From a virus (Duplodnaviria > Caudoviricetes): a stretch of 64,000 bases of DNA. Position 1 is the stretch's first letter; each line of letters starts with the position of its first letter. Under the pieces are notes generated by a model that was given only the letters and a program-made list of their open reading frames with translations, did no database searches and was not told the DNA's origin. Shown in pieces: positions 1 to 9,686 of this stretch. The position numbers were made by a program, and so were the translations under genes. The DNA lies in IMG/VR virus record IMGVR_UViG_3300042291_001013; one strand, written 5' to 3'.

Positions 1-426
1 CATGGACAGAAATCCCTGTGCAAATCGCCCCACATCAAGTCCCACGTCATTGCGACCCAGGTAAGCATTGCCAGTGTCCTGAATCAAGTTGCTGAATCCA
101 TAGGGTTGAAAGGTAGAAGTATCAGACAAACTAGGCAAATATTCGTATCTCAAGTAAGGGTAATTGCCCACTGGTGAATAAGGTATGCTGTTGCCCAGGG
201 CAGGACATGCAGTGCTACCAATGCTCAACAGTTTGTCCAGCGTGGATTCTGTTTTGAAACTCTGTGATGCATAATAGTTGACTGCGGTCAACCAATTGGC
301 AATTGCTGTGGTAGCGTTGAAACTGGTGATAGCAGTTGTCAACGCTGTGGGCAAAGTTTTGATACCAGTGTTGTTTAAAAACCCGGCCAATGCTGTCAGC
401 TGTAACGGTGTTGAAACGCTGGCCAT
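1..426 (-). CDS. Hypothetical (probably virion) protein, N-terminal part; runs off the left edge
   Basis: Not in the ORF track. Manual translation from ATG at 426 (TAATG overlap with the PAAR stop) gives MASVSTPLQLTALAGFLNNTGIKTLPTAL..., open for 142 codons to base 1. Confidence 0.8.
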   Translation of the reverse strand, partial: MASVSTPLQLTALAGFLNNTGIKTLPTALTTAITSFNATTAIANWLTAVNYYASQSFKTESTLDKLLSIGSTACPALGNSIPYSPVGNYPYLRYEYLPSLSDTSTFQPYGFSNLIQDTGNAYLGRNDVGLDVGRFAQGFLSM

Positions 427-713
427 TATCCAGCCCTTACATCGCCGGAGCCGCCAGCTCTAGCATGTCCACATGTGTCGCCTGCGCCTGCGACCACTAC
501 AGCAACACCGCCAGCTCGCACTGTGCCAACACCGCCAGCTGTGCTGGCACTGCAATGTATGGGTGGTGCTCGACGCTGACCGCAGGGTGGATGAGCAGTG
601 ACTCCGTTGCCGTTGACAATCACTGGACGATTGTTGACTCTTACAGAACCAACTCCCCCAGTGGCAACTCCCCCTGCACCATTTGCATCACCTACTCGTT
701 GTACTGCTGGCAT
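426..713 (-). CDS. PAAR-domain tail spike tip protein (T4 gp5.4-like)
   Basis: 95 aa; MPAVQRVGD start, Gly-rich repeats, AHPPC and terminal TCGH metal-binding motif typical of PAAR proteins. Confidence 0.85.
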   Translation of the reverse strand: MPAVQRVGDANGAGGVATGGVGSVRVNNRPVIVNGNGVTAHPPCGQRRAPPIHCSASTAGGVGTVRAGGVAVVVAGAGDTCGHARAGGSGDVRAG

Positions 714-714
714 G

Positions 715-1017
715 TTATCCCATTATGATTTTCTTGTCGGGTACCTTGATACCAGTGGTGGCTTCAAGATACTTCATGCGCACTGCATCGTCAGTGGGCG
801 CATACAGTCCGACACTGTTCATATTTAGTGTGGGGTTTTCGTCAGGATCTGCGGTAAACATACTGGGTACCAGGCCCATGCCCTGCGGGCCCGGGGCCAC
901 GCTCACAGGGTGTTCAATAGACACTGTGTTGTCGCCTTGCGCAACAACTTTGGCAATAAGTTCTTCTCCTGAGTTTAACTTAAAGGTGTAAACTTTACCT
1001 GTTTCAATTGATTGCAT
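715..1017 (-). CDS. Hypothetical protein, possibly Sm-like beta fold
   Basis: 100 aa; 'YTFKLNSGEELIAKV' resembles small Sm-like proteins of T4-like phages (from recall, not searched). Confidence 0.55.
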   Translation of the reverse strand: MQSIETGKVYTFKLNSGEELIAKVVAQGDNTVSIEHPVSVAPGPQGMGLVPSMFTADPDENPTLNMNSVGLYAPTDDAVRMKYLEATTGIKVPDKKIIMG

Positions 1018-1019
1018 TT

Positions 1020-1691
1020 TTAAACTTTCTGTATAACGTATTGATAATTGATCATGCCAATGGCAATATGCTTTCTAAACATATTAACAAAAGCATCAAT
1101 GCTCATTTTAGGATGGTCCAACACATCCGGGGATTCATTCCACAAATAGTCGTCAAATATCATATAGCCTTGTTTTTTAAGAAGACCAAATGCCATAGTA
1201 GCATCTGCTAACACAGCATCAGAACAGTGACTTCCGTCTACATATATAAGATCAAATTCCCGACGGTCTACAATTAACTGTGCCAGGCCATGATAGCTCA
1301 TGACCGGCATGACTTCAACTGTTTGTGTGGGCAATTTTGTTAGGTCTGTATTGTGCCGGTGTATGTCTTGAATAATACGTTGCTCAGGTAACTCATCGTT
1401 TTTGTATGCATTCATTGGTGTGTTACCAAACGGATCAATGCAAGTGATAGTTCCATCTTTGGCCAACAAGTTTTCCAGCATCCAACAAGTGGCGCGGCCT
1501 TCGTGCGAACCAATTTCCAAGATACTAGATAACTTTTGTTCAGCATGTTCCTTGACAAAGTTAAAGTTTACCAAACCATTTGAAAACCAGTCAGCTGTGA
1601 AAAAGTGTTTGGTTTCAAAGTCTGGTATATTTTGTCGAAACCAGTCTATTGTGATGTTGTCTAAATCAGGCAAGTTTTTGTCTGAGCTCAT
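1020..1691 (-). CDS. Class I SAM-dependent methyltransferase (Methyltransf_24-like)
   Basis: ILEIGSHEGRA motif I, FDLIYVDGSH and IFDDY motifs. Start uncertain (1691 preferred; ORF extends to 1715). Confidence 0.85.
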   Translation of the reverse strand: MSSDKNLPDLDNITIDWFRQNIPDFETKHFFTADWFSNGLVNFNFVKEHAEQKLSSILEIGSHEGRATCWMLENLLAKDGTITCIDPFGNTPMNAYKNDELPEQRIIQDIHRHNTDLTKLPTQTVEVMPVMSYHGLAQLIVDRREFDLIYVDGSHCSDAVLADATMAFGLLKKQGYMIFDDYLWNESPDVLDHPKMSIDAFVNMFRKHIAIGMINYQYVIQKV

Positions 1692-1887
1692 TGAACCCTC
1701 CCACATGTGCATCATCTAAAAAGATTTGCGGTAGTGTGCGGGCAGTTGGAACTGCTTCTAATAATTGTTCTCGGGTCCAGCCATGCATAATATTGCGTTC
1801 TTCGTATTCAATGCCTCGGCTTTCAAGCAGTGCTTTGGCTTGAACACAATAAGGACATTGATCCTTACTCCATACTATCGCTTTCAT
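1666..1887 (-). CDS. grxC: Glutaredoxin (GrxC-like)
   Basis: CPYC active site, TLPQIF and VGGF motifs; lies downstream of nrdAB. Confidence 0.93.
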   Translation of the reverse strand: MKAIVWSKDQCPYCVQAKALLESRGIEYEERNIMHGWTREQLLEAVPTARTLPQIFLDDAHVGGFNELRQKLA

Positions 1888-2298
1888 TCAGTTTCCTTGT
1901 TTTGATGTATCATAAGTTTGTGCAAAAATATCTTTCTTTACAACGCCATAGTCACCAGGACCATGCTTGACAATATAATCATTGCCTTTGGTATATTCTA
2001 AATTGCCCCAGCTGGCTTTTACAACACCATCATGGTCAGCAAGTCGAGCTACCTTCATGATCTTCTTGGGTGTTGCCGTGCCGTCGCCGTTGTCATCATA
2101 ATAGGCCGTAAACTTGATAGGGCTTACAGGATACCGTTCGCCCTTGGGGCCTGTAATAATCTTGTGTCCCACTGTATATGCAACAGGACCTTCTAGTGTG
2201 TCTACTGTGCCGTTGTCTGTGGCAGTTTCATACTTGATGGGAGTAGGGTGCTTGTAGGTTTCAAACCCACCTTGTTGGAACCATTCGTCGTTAATCAT
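1888..2298 (-). CDS. PGDYG-family protein
   Basis: Literal HGPGDYGVV motif; two internally similar halves (TLEGPVAY...GPKGERYPV...YD and ASWGNLEY...GPGDYGVV...YD). Confidence 0.7.
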   Translation of the reverse strand: MINDEWFQQGGFETYKHPTPIKYETATDNGTVDTLEGPVAYTVGHKIITGPKGERYPVSPIKFTAYYDDNGDGTATPKKIMKVARLADHDGVVKASWGNLEYTKGNDYIVKHGPGDYGVVKKDIFAQTYDTSKQGN

Positions 2299-3395
2299 AA
2301 GTTTGGTAACTCGTCGTAATCAATATTCTCGCTCATTACACCAATAACATAGTTGGTGCTTTCATTTTCCTGTAGTGCTGTTTGCTTTTTGCTAACATCA
2401 ACGTGTTTGTTAAACCAAGGAATTGGGGTGCTACGTGGTGCAGGCTCCTGGTACTTGATTCCAATTTCTTTAAGTGCATTGACTGCTGTGTAGTCCACAA
2501 AGTCTTTGAGAATGTTAGCGTTAAGTCCAATCACGGGGCCTTTCTTGAACAAGTATTCAGCCCAGGCTTTTTCTTCACGGATCACATCCAAGTACATCTG
2601 ATACACTTCAGCTTCACATTCTGCTTTGGCCTTGGCAAAGCGCGGATCTTCTTTGACAACCTGATTGATCAACCAAGCTGTCCATTCCTTGTGCAGAATC
2701 TCGTCTTGCAAGATCAAGCCAATAATATTACCATTGCCCATAAAGATGCGATTCTCTACCATGGCTAAACTAGTAGCAAAGCTAACCATAAAGCGGAATG
2801 CTTCTAGTGCATAACTAGCGTTAAGAGCCATCCAAATTGCTTTGATGTGTTCATGTTCAGAAAACTTTTCTAACAATTCTTTGCGACAGTTGATCATGTG
2901 CAACTTATCATAGTAGTTGCCCACACTTGATGCCATGTCCACAATCTCTTGTGTGTCGTGGATAGTGTTGAACACATCCTTGGGCACGTTGTAGATGTTG
3001 CGAATGATGTGACTGTAACTGCGACTATGAATGTTTGTTTCAAAGAATGTCCAGTTGTACACCAGGGCCTCTAGTTCGGGAATACTCACAACAGGTGTAA
3101 AGATTTGACTTGGGCCACGTCCTTGTAAACTGTCTAGTGCTGTTTGCCGTAGTAGATTTGATGTAAAGATATGCTTGACAGTATCTGATGCGTCTTTGAA
3201 GTCTTGTGCGTCTTTGGTTAACGAGATTTCTTCTGGTACCCAAAAGAAGCCACGTGCTTCTTGCTCGTACTTGACTAGTTTGTTGTATTTGACTTCTTCA
3301 AATCGTTGTACTGTTACCGGGCCTGCTGGGTCCAGGAACATCTTGCGATTGAGATAGTCTGTTTTTAATTTTAAATTGTATTGTGCTTGACTCAT
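2295..3395 (-). CDS. nrdB: Ribonucleotide reductase class Ia beta subunit
   Basis: FFWVPEEISL, ETNIHSRSY and DEILH di-iron motifs; C-terminal QENESTNYV. Confidence 0.97.
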   Translation of the reverse strand: MSQAQYNLKLKTDYLNRKMFLDPAGPVTVQRFEEVKYNKLVKYEQEARGFFWVPEEISLTKDAQDFKDASDTVKHIFTSNLLRQTALDSLQGRGPSQIFTPVVSIPELEALVYNWTFFETNIHSRSYSHIIRNIYNVPKDVFNTIHDTQEIVDMASSVGNYYDKLHMINCRKELLEKFSEHEHIKAIWMALNASYALEAFRFMVSFATSLAMVENRIFMGNGNIIGLILQDEILHKEWTAWLINQVVKEDPRFAKAKAECEAEVYQMYLDVIREEKAWAEYLFKKGPVIGLNANILKDFVDYTAVNALKEIGIKYQEPAPRSTPIPWFNKHVDVSKKQTALQENESTNYVIGVMSENIDYDELPNL

Positions 3396-3399
3396 TGTA

Positions 3400-3591
3400 T
3401 TACCAGTGTCTAATTGTGTTGGCTATGATAAAGCCACAAGTTATAACATGTATTATAACCCAAAATGTTTTAAAGAACAAGGCTATTCGAGCTTCTCGAA
3501 GTGTTAGTATAGGCACATCAGGACGGTCATGATCTGACTCGCCCATCAAGTGCCCAGTTGCTCGGGCCCAGACTTTTTCTAAGCTATTCAA
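3400..3591 (-). CDS. Small membrane protein between nrdA and nrdB
   Basis: 63 aa with a C-terminal hydrophobic helix; ATGA-coupled to the nrdA stop. Confidence 0.7.
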   Translation of the reverse strand: MNSLEKVWARATGHLMGESDHDRPDVPILTLREARIALFFKTFWVIIHVITCGFIIANTIRHW

Positions 3592-5909
3592 AGTTTACAC
3601 GCCTCGCAATCTTCTTCAAGATCAAAATCAATCTCAAGTAAGGGTGCAGGTGCATCTTCTTTGACCATCTTGCTGCCAGCCTTGTTGATTAAGCTGTAGT
3701 AGAATGTTTTCAGTCCCCAGTAGTGTGCTTGCATCAAGTTCCGGGCAATCAGTGTGGTGGGAACTTTGCGGTCAGGAAAGTGTGCAGGGTTGTAGAATGT
3801 GTTTGTTGAGATTGACTGATCAACGTAAGCCGCCAACACAGCCGCGGTCTTTAAGTAGCCGTCACAGTCTTTTTGTGCCCACATCATTTGATACTTGTTT
3901 TTAAGTTTGTGATACTCGGGCACAACCTGTGTTAATGATCCTGCTTTGGATTCTTTAACAGAGATTAGACTCATGGGCATTTCAATGCCGTTGGTTGAGT
4001 TGATAACCACACTACTAGACTCTACAGGAGCAATGGCCATCAAGGTAGCATTGCGTACCCCGTAACTGCGCATCTCTGCTCGCAAACCTTCCCAGTTTAG
4101 TTCAGGAGCAAAGTCCGTGAGCTCGTTGACCCCGGCGCTACGTCTCTCCCAAGGAAAGACACCTTTACCATACCAGGTGCGGTCTGAATCTTTGCAACGG
4201 CCCCGCTCCTTAGCAAGCTCAACTGTGGCTTCGGTAAGGTAGAAAGCCTGATGTTCCATCCAGCTTTTGACTTCGGCCAAAGAGTCCTTGTCACCATATT
4301 GGAGTCCTCGTTTGGCATGCCAGTAAGCCAAGTTAGTAATGCCGATACCAAGCGGCTGGATTTCGTCATTCGATAACTGCGATTGGATTGACAGGAAGTC
4401 TTGGTAGTCAAGGATATTGCACAAGGATCTCTGCAGAATTCTACAAGCTCTGCGCATGTCTTCAGGATTCCGGAATGCACCCCAGTTAATACTTCCAAGC
4501 GTACAGAGCGCGATTCGCCCATCAGCGTCATCCAGGCGCTTAAACGATTTTGTAGGTAAGAGAATTTCACAGCAAAGATTACTCTGGTAAATGGTGTGAT
4601 ACTCAGAGTCAAACGGACCCTGGTTCATCACGTTGTCAATAAACACAAGATAGATACGACCAGTGTCTGTTCGCTCTTTCAGTATGCCCGACTTGAAAAC
4701 TTCTTCAGCACTCATGGTCTTGGTGCGTAAGTCTTTACGTTTTTCGTATTTAACATACAGCTCTTCAAAGCGTTCGGTATTTTTATAAAACGCTTCGTAT
4801 AAGTCTGGTACTTCGTTGGGATCAAAGAATGTTATGTCTTCTTTGTTTTTGAATCGTCTCCAGAAGAAAGCACTAAGCACAACCCCATAATCCATATGAC
4901 GGACTCGGGTTTCTTCTGTTCCTTGGTTGTTCTTAAGGACAATAAGGTCATCAAACTGAAGATGCCAAATAGGATAAAAAACAGTAGCACTTGCATTACG
5001 AATACCTCCTTGACTGCAACTACGCAGGTCACCAAACCACTTCTTCAAGAATGGGATCATACCTGTGTGCATAATTTCACCACCACGAATGGGTGAACCT
5101 AGTGGTCTTAGACGACCAATCTCCAAACCAATGCCGGCACGTTTGCTGGCATACTTGGCCATCATCTCGCCACTAGCGAATATACTATCAAGATCGTCGT
5201 CACTCCTGATAAGCACACAACTACTAAACTGTTTAGTAGGAGTGCCGAGCCCTGCAAGCACAGGTGTAGCAAGAGTAAACAAACCATCACTGGCGGCTTG
5301 ATAATATTCTTTGATATAACGCATTCTAGCTGAGTTAGGCTCTTCTTTGTGAAACACTGTAGCCGCGGCCACCATGTATCTGACTTGTGGAGTTTCATAA
5401 ATTTCCTTAGTGCTACGATTACGAACAAGATACTTTTCAATCAGTTGTTCCACTGCCGCGTAACTGTATTGCTCATCCTTGACATGATCCAGCATGTCAT
5501 TCATACGGTTCCAATCAGCCTCATCGTACCATTCCAGGAGTTCGGCAGTGTACAGGCCTGTGGCCACGTTTTTCTTCACAATCTCATACAAGTGGGGAGG
5601 CTGATAGGAACCGTATACGTCTTTGCGTAACATGCTTAGTCGTTGTTTGCCTGCCACGTATTGATAGTTGGTATGTCCCACGTCAGGGTTTGACTCTACG
5701 TCAATTAGATCCACTATGGCTCGTAGTGTAATTCCATCAATCTCAGTTGTTGTTATGCCGTCATAAAAATGCAGTTGAGCTTTGATTTCGATCATGCTCT
5801 GACTAACATCTGCTATTCCTGAACAGACTTTTGCAATCTGCGCTTGCCATTTTTCCAATGCCAACGGCTCGCGAGTTCCGTTGCGCTTTAAGACAGTAAT
5901 TTGCTTCAT
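3588..5909 (-). CDS. nrdA: Ribonucleotide reductase class Ia alpha subunit
   Basis: ATP cone (MKQITVLKRNG), FSSC, SNLCCEI thiyl-radical motif, C-terminal CEACKL. Start set at 5909; no intein. Confidence 0.97.
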   Translation of the reverse strand: MKQITVLKRNGTREPLALEKWQAQIAKVCSGIADVSQSMIEIKAQLHFYDGITTTEIDGITLRAIVDLIDVESNPDVGHTNYQYVAGKQRLSMLRKDVYGSYQPPHLYEIVKKNVATGLYTAELLEWYDEADWNRMNDMLDHVKDEQYSYAAVEQLIEKYLVRNRSTKEIYETPQVRYMVAAATVFHKEEPNSARMRYIKEYYQAASDGLFTLATPVLAGLGTPTKQFSSCVLIRSDDDLDSIFASGEMMAKYASKRAGIGLEIGRLRPLGSPIRGGEIMHTGMIPFLKKWFGDLRSCSQGGIRNASATVFYPIWHLQFDDLIVLKNNQGTEETRVRHMDYGVVLSAFFWRRFKNKEDITFFDPNEVPDLYEAFYKNTERFEELYVKYEKRKDLRTKTMSAEEVFKSGILKERTDTGRIYLVFIDNVMNQGPFDSEYHTIYQSNLCCEILLPTKSFKRLDDADGRIALCTLGSINWGAFRNPEDMRRACRILQRSLCNILDYQDFLSIQSQLSNDEIQPLGIGITNLAYWHAKRGLQYGDKDSLAEVKSWMEHQAFYLTEATVELAKERGRCKDSDRTWYGKGVFPWERRSAGVNELTDFAPELNWEGLRAEMRSYGVRNATLMAIAPVESSSVVINSTNGIEMPMSLISVKESKAGSLTQVVPEYHKLKNKYQMMWAQKDCDGYLKTAAVLAAYVDQSISTNTFYNPAHFPDRKVPTTLIARNLMQAHYWGLKTFYYSLINKAGSKMVKEDAPAPLLEIDFDLEEDCEACKL

Positions 5910-5911
5910 TG

Positions 5912-6337
5912 TTACCTTAGTTGTTGTTTTATTTGTGCTAGTGTCATGCTGTGTCGAACCTTTTGAGGTTCTAGGTTGATATTTACAACAGTATCCGCGT
6001 CCCAATTCAGTATATATTTTGATTTGTCTACCAGGACTAAATTGTCGCTATCTAGCTCAACCAACACCACATCCTGCAGATCTTCACGATCTACAATAGC
6101 TATAGTATACAGGATTCCCAGCCCGCGAGCAAGTGGGCAATAGAGGTTGTCACTCAATAATTGCCAGGGATCTGGCCAAGTGGGTTGATCGTCCCAGTGC
6201 AAATGGTAAGCACGCCATGGCGTACCAAACCACCAGGAATTGATTAGATCCAATGCTTTTTGTTTATCGGCCTGGGCGGCTTGTTGTCTCAGTTGCGTCC
6301 AAGACTCAAGCCTTTCGGCAAAAGTTTGATGCCACAT
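5912..6337 (-). CDS. Hypothetical protein (possible cysteine-peptidase/transglutaminase-like fold)
   Basis: 141 aa; Trp-rich 'WDDQPTWPDPWQLL..DNLYC' segment. The fold call is a guess. Confidence 0.6.
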   Translation of the reverse strand: MWHQTFAERLESWTQLRQQAAQADKQKALDLINSWWFGTPWRAYHLHWDDQPTWPDPWQLLSDNLYCPLARGLGILYTIAIVDREDLQDVVLVELDSDNLVLVDKSKYILNWDADTVVNINLEPQKVRHSMTLAQIKQQLR

Positions 6338-8169
6338 TACCCAAGGTTTGTAATAGTGTAGTCAATTATTCCGTCAATACCAGCAGTACAGGTGTAGCTG
6401 ATGGTACAACCAGTAAGGTTGTCGGTCACTGTTAACGTAGTACCGGTACTGCTATTTTCTTGATAGTCGTCAATGTAGGTAAACCCAGCACCTGAGCCAT
6501 TGTAGTTTTGCATTACTGTAACTGCTCCACGACGTGTGTTCACATCACGTTTGATAGTATAATCCATTTTAAACGAACTTAGGCCAGTTGAACCAGCACC
6601 AGTCCATCTTGGAATCGTCACAAGGTTAGCTGTGGTTGATTCGTTTACAATGTCTCTCACACTGGCCGCAACTTGATAATTGCCAAGGTCCAGTGTGTTG
6701 GCTGGAGTATAAACTACAGCAGTGTCATAGTAATACTGAACATTATGAGAGTTCATGCTCATAGCAATGGTATTGCTGTTGTTCAGTTTGATTCTAGGAT
6801 AGGTAGTGCTTTGTTGGTTGTTGCGTTGAAACATATCACCAACGCTGACGTTGTTGTCACCGTCAATGTCAATGATACTGGTGGCCGGGAGAGTCACTCC
6901 CAAGAAGCTGTTGCCCACGTCATAGAAGGTGTTGTAGGCCGAGATGTTCCGACCCACATCAGTCATTGAAATGCCGTCAGCGTAGATGTTGTCAAACACA
7001 CTGGTTGTGACTCTTACTCCAGTGGGGCCTGTGGTCTGTCCCACTGCCAATGCCAAGTTAACACCACTGTACAATACATCAAATTCACAGTTGCTGAATG
7101 TTACACTTTCGGTGTTGTCTTCATCAAGGTCCACACCATAGCTCATGTTTGAAAACAAGCAGTTGTTGAATGTTACATGGCGAACCAGCAGTGTGCCTGT
7201 TCCGGTGGCTCTAACACCAGCTGTGCCGGCACCTGCGGTATTCAAGTTGGCTTCTGTGCTTGCACCTTCAAATGCCACAGAGTCAAAAAAGCATTCAGGA
7301 GATTTTTCCAATAACACACCGCTGACATCACGATTGGTTCTAAACTTGATACCAGAGATTTCAATGTTGCCCGGTGGCAATGCATCATTGGTGGCAATGT
7401 TTACTCCGGTTTGTTGTAGGCTGTCGGCAGTTTGCAAGATGTAATCTGGCAATCCACTGGCGGCATTGGTATTGATGTCTCCCCAATAGTAGTCGCCACC
7501 TGTGGTGGTGGCATTGATCAAGGTGCCCACAGGCACAGGGAAGTTTGCTCGATAATAACCAGCTGATGCATAGCCGCCAGTGCCGTCATAGTACACCAAG
7601 ATGTTGTCAGTATAAGAAACAGTGCTGGTCCAATTCTGCACGTTCAAATAGATAATGGTGCTGTCAGCACCTTCGCCATACAATTTACAGTATGGAGGAA
7701 TATCTAGTGTGTCAGTGATGATGTAAGTGCCTGCTGGAAAAAACACACTACGACGAACCTGTGTGGTTAGGCCACGGCAAAAGATCTGATTCAGCGCACG
7801 ATTAATGTCTAGTGTTACGTCAGTGACACCATCGCCTGTGGCACCAAAGTCAGTGATCACAGCATAGCTGTCTAGTCTGCTTTGAATGCTTTGGCTAACT
7901 GGTGTGCTGGTTGTGGGACCAGTCTGCACTGTGTAGCCAGCGGCTTCGCCCTTGTAGGTGTATTCTGTAGCAAAACTCAGAATATCTGAAAATTCAGTTA
8001 GAACTTCTGTGTTGCCAACAACAGGTGCGCCGTCTAATAAATCGCCGTTGCCAATGAATAGCCTGCGTTGATCTATTGCCCAGCCAAACTCTGCACCTGC
8101 TAGAGGTGCTGGCAAATCGCTTTCTAAGCCTTTGCGTTGTGTGATTCGTGATATTTGTACAATTGCCAC
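6337..8169 (-). CDS. Tailspike-like protein with pectate-lyase-3-type beta-helix
   Basis: N-terminal 'GAEFGWAIDQRRLFIGNG' virion-attachment-like domain; DFGATGDGVTD and VFFPAGTYII beta-helix cap; GTG start with AAGGA SD. Confidence 0.8.
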   Translation of the reverse strand: MAIVQISRITQRKGLESDLPAPLAGAEFGWAIDQRRLFIGNGDLLDGAPVVGNTEVLTEFSDILSFATEYTYKGEAAGYTVQTGPTTSTPVSQSIQSRLDSYAVITDFGATGDGVTDVTLDINRALNQIFCRGLTTQVRRSVFFPAGTYIITDTLDIPPYCKLYGEGADSTIIYLNVQNWTSTVSYTDNILVYYDGTGGYASAGYYRANFPVPVGTLINATTTGGDYYWGDINTNAASGLPDYILQTADSLQQTGVNIATNDALPPGNIEISGIKFRTNRDVSGVLLEKSPECFFDSVAFEGASTEANLNTAGAGTAGVRATGTGTLLVRHVTFNNCLFSNMSYGVDLDEDNTESVTFSNCEFDVLYSGVNLALAVGQTTGPTGVRVTTSVFDNIYADGISMTDVGRNISAYNTFYDVGNSFLGVTLPATSIIDIDGDNNVSVGDMFQRNNQQSTTYPRIKLNNSNTIAMSMNSHNVQYYYDTAVVYTPANTLDLGNYQVAASVRDIVNESTTANLVTIPRWTGAGSTGLSSFKMDYTIKRDVNTRRGAVTVMQNYNGSGAGFTYIDDYQENSSTGTTLTVTDNLTGCTISYTCTAGIDGIIDYTITNLG

Positions 8170-8188
8170 AGTGATGGTCCTTTGGATA

Positions 8189-8905
8189 TCACATATTTAG
8201 CATGTAGTACTGTTCAACCTTTTTCCACCACAAGTTGCGGTATTTTTCAAATTCTGCGCCTTCCAGCACAAATTCCTGGTATTGAGGTTTTCCTACAATA
8301 TTGTGTTGCTCATCCAGATCGGGTTTGACGCACATCAAAATTACACCTTTGCGTATTTTTGTACCGTGCAATTCATTGTGTGCTTCTGCGTAGGCGCACA
8401 GTTGCACAAAGTAGTCGTCAATCCACTCGCGCTTTTTGGGTTTGTTGGTCTGCTTGTAGTCTAGTATGGCTTCTTCATTCAGGTGTATGCCTGCGCCATC
8501 TGTTGTGCCTGCGTATACGCTGGGAAAGTATAGTGGAACTTCAATGCCCCAAAATTCATCAACGTTTTTGAGTCCATCTCTAATCACAGTTTCGGCCATG
8601 ATATGACTGGGCCAACTAAAAGGGTTGGACCCACGTTCTTTTTGCTCACCTGTTTTGACATAGTGTTCAAGATAGGTATGCATACGTGTGCCGCGGTTGG
8701 CAGCTTCTGTTGTGATTTGTTGTGCTTTTTCTGCACCCACGCGACGACGCCACTGATTCAGTGCTTCAACTTTTTCTGGGGGTTTTGTCTTGTCTAAGAT
8801 TGTGGTTACTGAGGGCAAGTTGTTGCCATCGGGTGTGGCATAGTAACGCCGGCCCTCTATTGTAACTCTAGGAATGGGCTGGTAGTTAAATTTTGGATTA
8901 TACAT
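8189..8905 (-). CDS. PD-(D/E)XK exonuclease (MGME1/Cas4-like phage exonuclease)
   Basis: PSVTTIL, RGTRMH, EVPLY, YAGTTD, ILDYKQ and QLCAYA motifs. Confidence 0.88.
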   Translation of the reverse strand: MYNPKFNYQPIPRVTIEGRRYYATPDGNNLPSVTTILDKTKPPEKVEALNQWRRRVGAEKAQQITTEAANRGTRMHTYLEHYVKTGEQKERGSNPFSWPSHIMAETVIRDGLKNVDEFWGIEVPLYFPSVYAGTTDGAGIHLNEEAILDYKQTNKPKKREWIDDYFVQLCAYAEAHNELHGTKIRKGVILMCVKPDLDEQHNIVGKPQYQEFVLEGAEFEKYRNLWWKKVEQYYMLNM

Positions 8906-8945
8906 AATTATAGTCAATTATAGACAATTATAGTCCAGTTGTCAA
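8897..8945 (-). promoter_or_regulatory. Sigma70 promoter TTGACA-17-TATAAT embedded in four TATAAT copies at 10-bp spacing
   Basis: -35 at 8940-8945, -10 at 8917-8922; further TATAAT at 8897, 8907 and 8927. Confidence 0.85.
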
Positions 8946-9000
8946 CTATATTTGAAAACTTTCTCCGCAACCGTTGCGGTACGGTTGAATTCAGGATTGT
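8946..9000 (-). pseudogene. Degenerate duplicate of the iscA 3' end
   Basis: Minus strand reads CGC AAC GGT TGC GGA GAA AGT TTT CAA ATA TAG (RNGCGESFQI*), versus RCGCGESFRV* at the end of iscA. Confidence 0.75.
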
Positions 9001-9686
9001 ACATTGCTTTGTTTGATTATCCAGTCATACAATGTTTGTGCAATTAATTCGTGACCTAGTTCATTTGGGTGGCTACACTCACGCAAGTATTGATTTGGTG
9101 ATCTCTTTGAAAAATCTATTGGAGTTTCATACCCAAATAGTTGTAAACAAGATTTGTGATATATTTTATCAGTATCAATCCCAGGCAAGTTTAAATTAAC
9201 ATCATTCCATCCAACAATGTAATAATCTTTTATTTTGTATTGTCGGCATATTGCTTGCATGCTCAACACATTTTTGTGTAGATTAAAGTTAAGTGTAGAA
9301 ATTGAAGTAAAATGCTTTACATAATTTTTAGAAACTTCATCAATTTGATTGGCTCCTAAATCAACAACTTTAAAACCATCAAGGTCTTCAACACCAAAAA
9401 TAGTTTTAGTTTCATCTATAGGAGGACGGAGATCATCTAATAGTATGCATTCTCTCGTAGGGGTAGTGATTAAAAAAACTGCTATAGAATTTTCTAAAAG
9501 TACGTCTGTACGTTTAACATAGTCAAGCAGTTGCAACACTGATCTGCTGTTGCTGGATCCGCTTATCCCTAAATTAACAAAATTGGTTGCGGATAATTTA
9601 GAAGACAGCCGTGCTCCAAATGAATCTGTTTCTAGAACGCCAAGGCCCACAGTCCAACTGCATCCAAAGACTGCTAATGCAGTCAT
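8991..9686 (-). CDS. SGNH/GDSL-like hydrolase or acyltransferase (1 of 6)
   Basis: VFGCSWT block I, GISGSSN block II, HPNELGH block V; visibly AT-rich. Confidence 0.75.
   Translation of the reverse strand: MTALAVFGCSWTVGLGVLETDSFGARLSSKLSATNFVNLGISGSSNSRSVLQLLDYVKRTDVLLENSIAVFLITTPTRECILLDDLRPPIDETKTIFGVEDLDGFKVVDLGANQIDEVSKNYVKHFTSISTLNFNLHKNVLSMQAICRQYKIKDYYIVGWNDVNLNLPGIDTDKIYHKSCLQLFGYETPIDFSKRSPNQYLRECSHPNELGHELIAQTLYDWIIKQSNVQS

Noticed and set aside
5910-6005. 32-aa N-terminal extension of NrdA in the ORF track
   Set aside because: It overlaps the upstream gene; the ATP cone begins at MKQITV (5909).
6337-8169. Mtd-like N-terminus suggesting a diversity-generating retroelement
   Set aside because: No reverse transcriptase and no TR/VR pair differing at adenines was seen in the window.
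8189-8905. Cas4-like nuclease suggesting a CRISPR-Cas system
   Set aside because: No Fe-S Cys cluster, no other cas genes and no repeat-spacer array in the window; it is an ordinary phage PD-(D/E)XK exonuclease.
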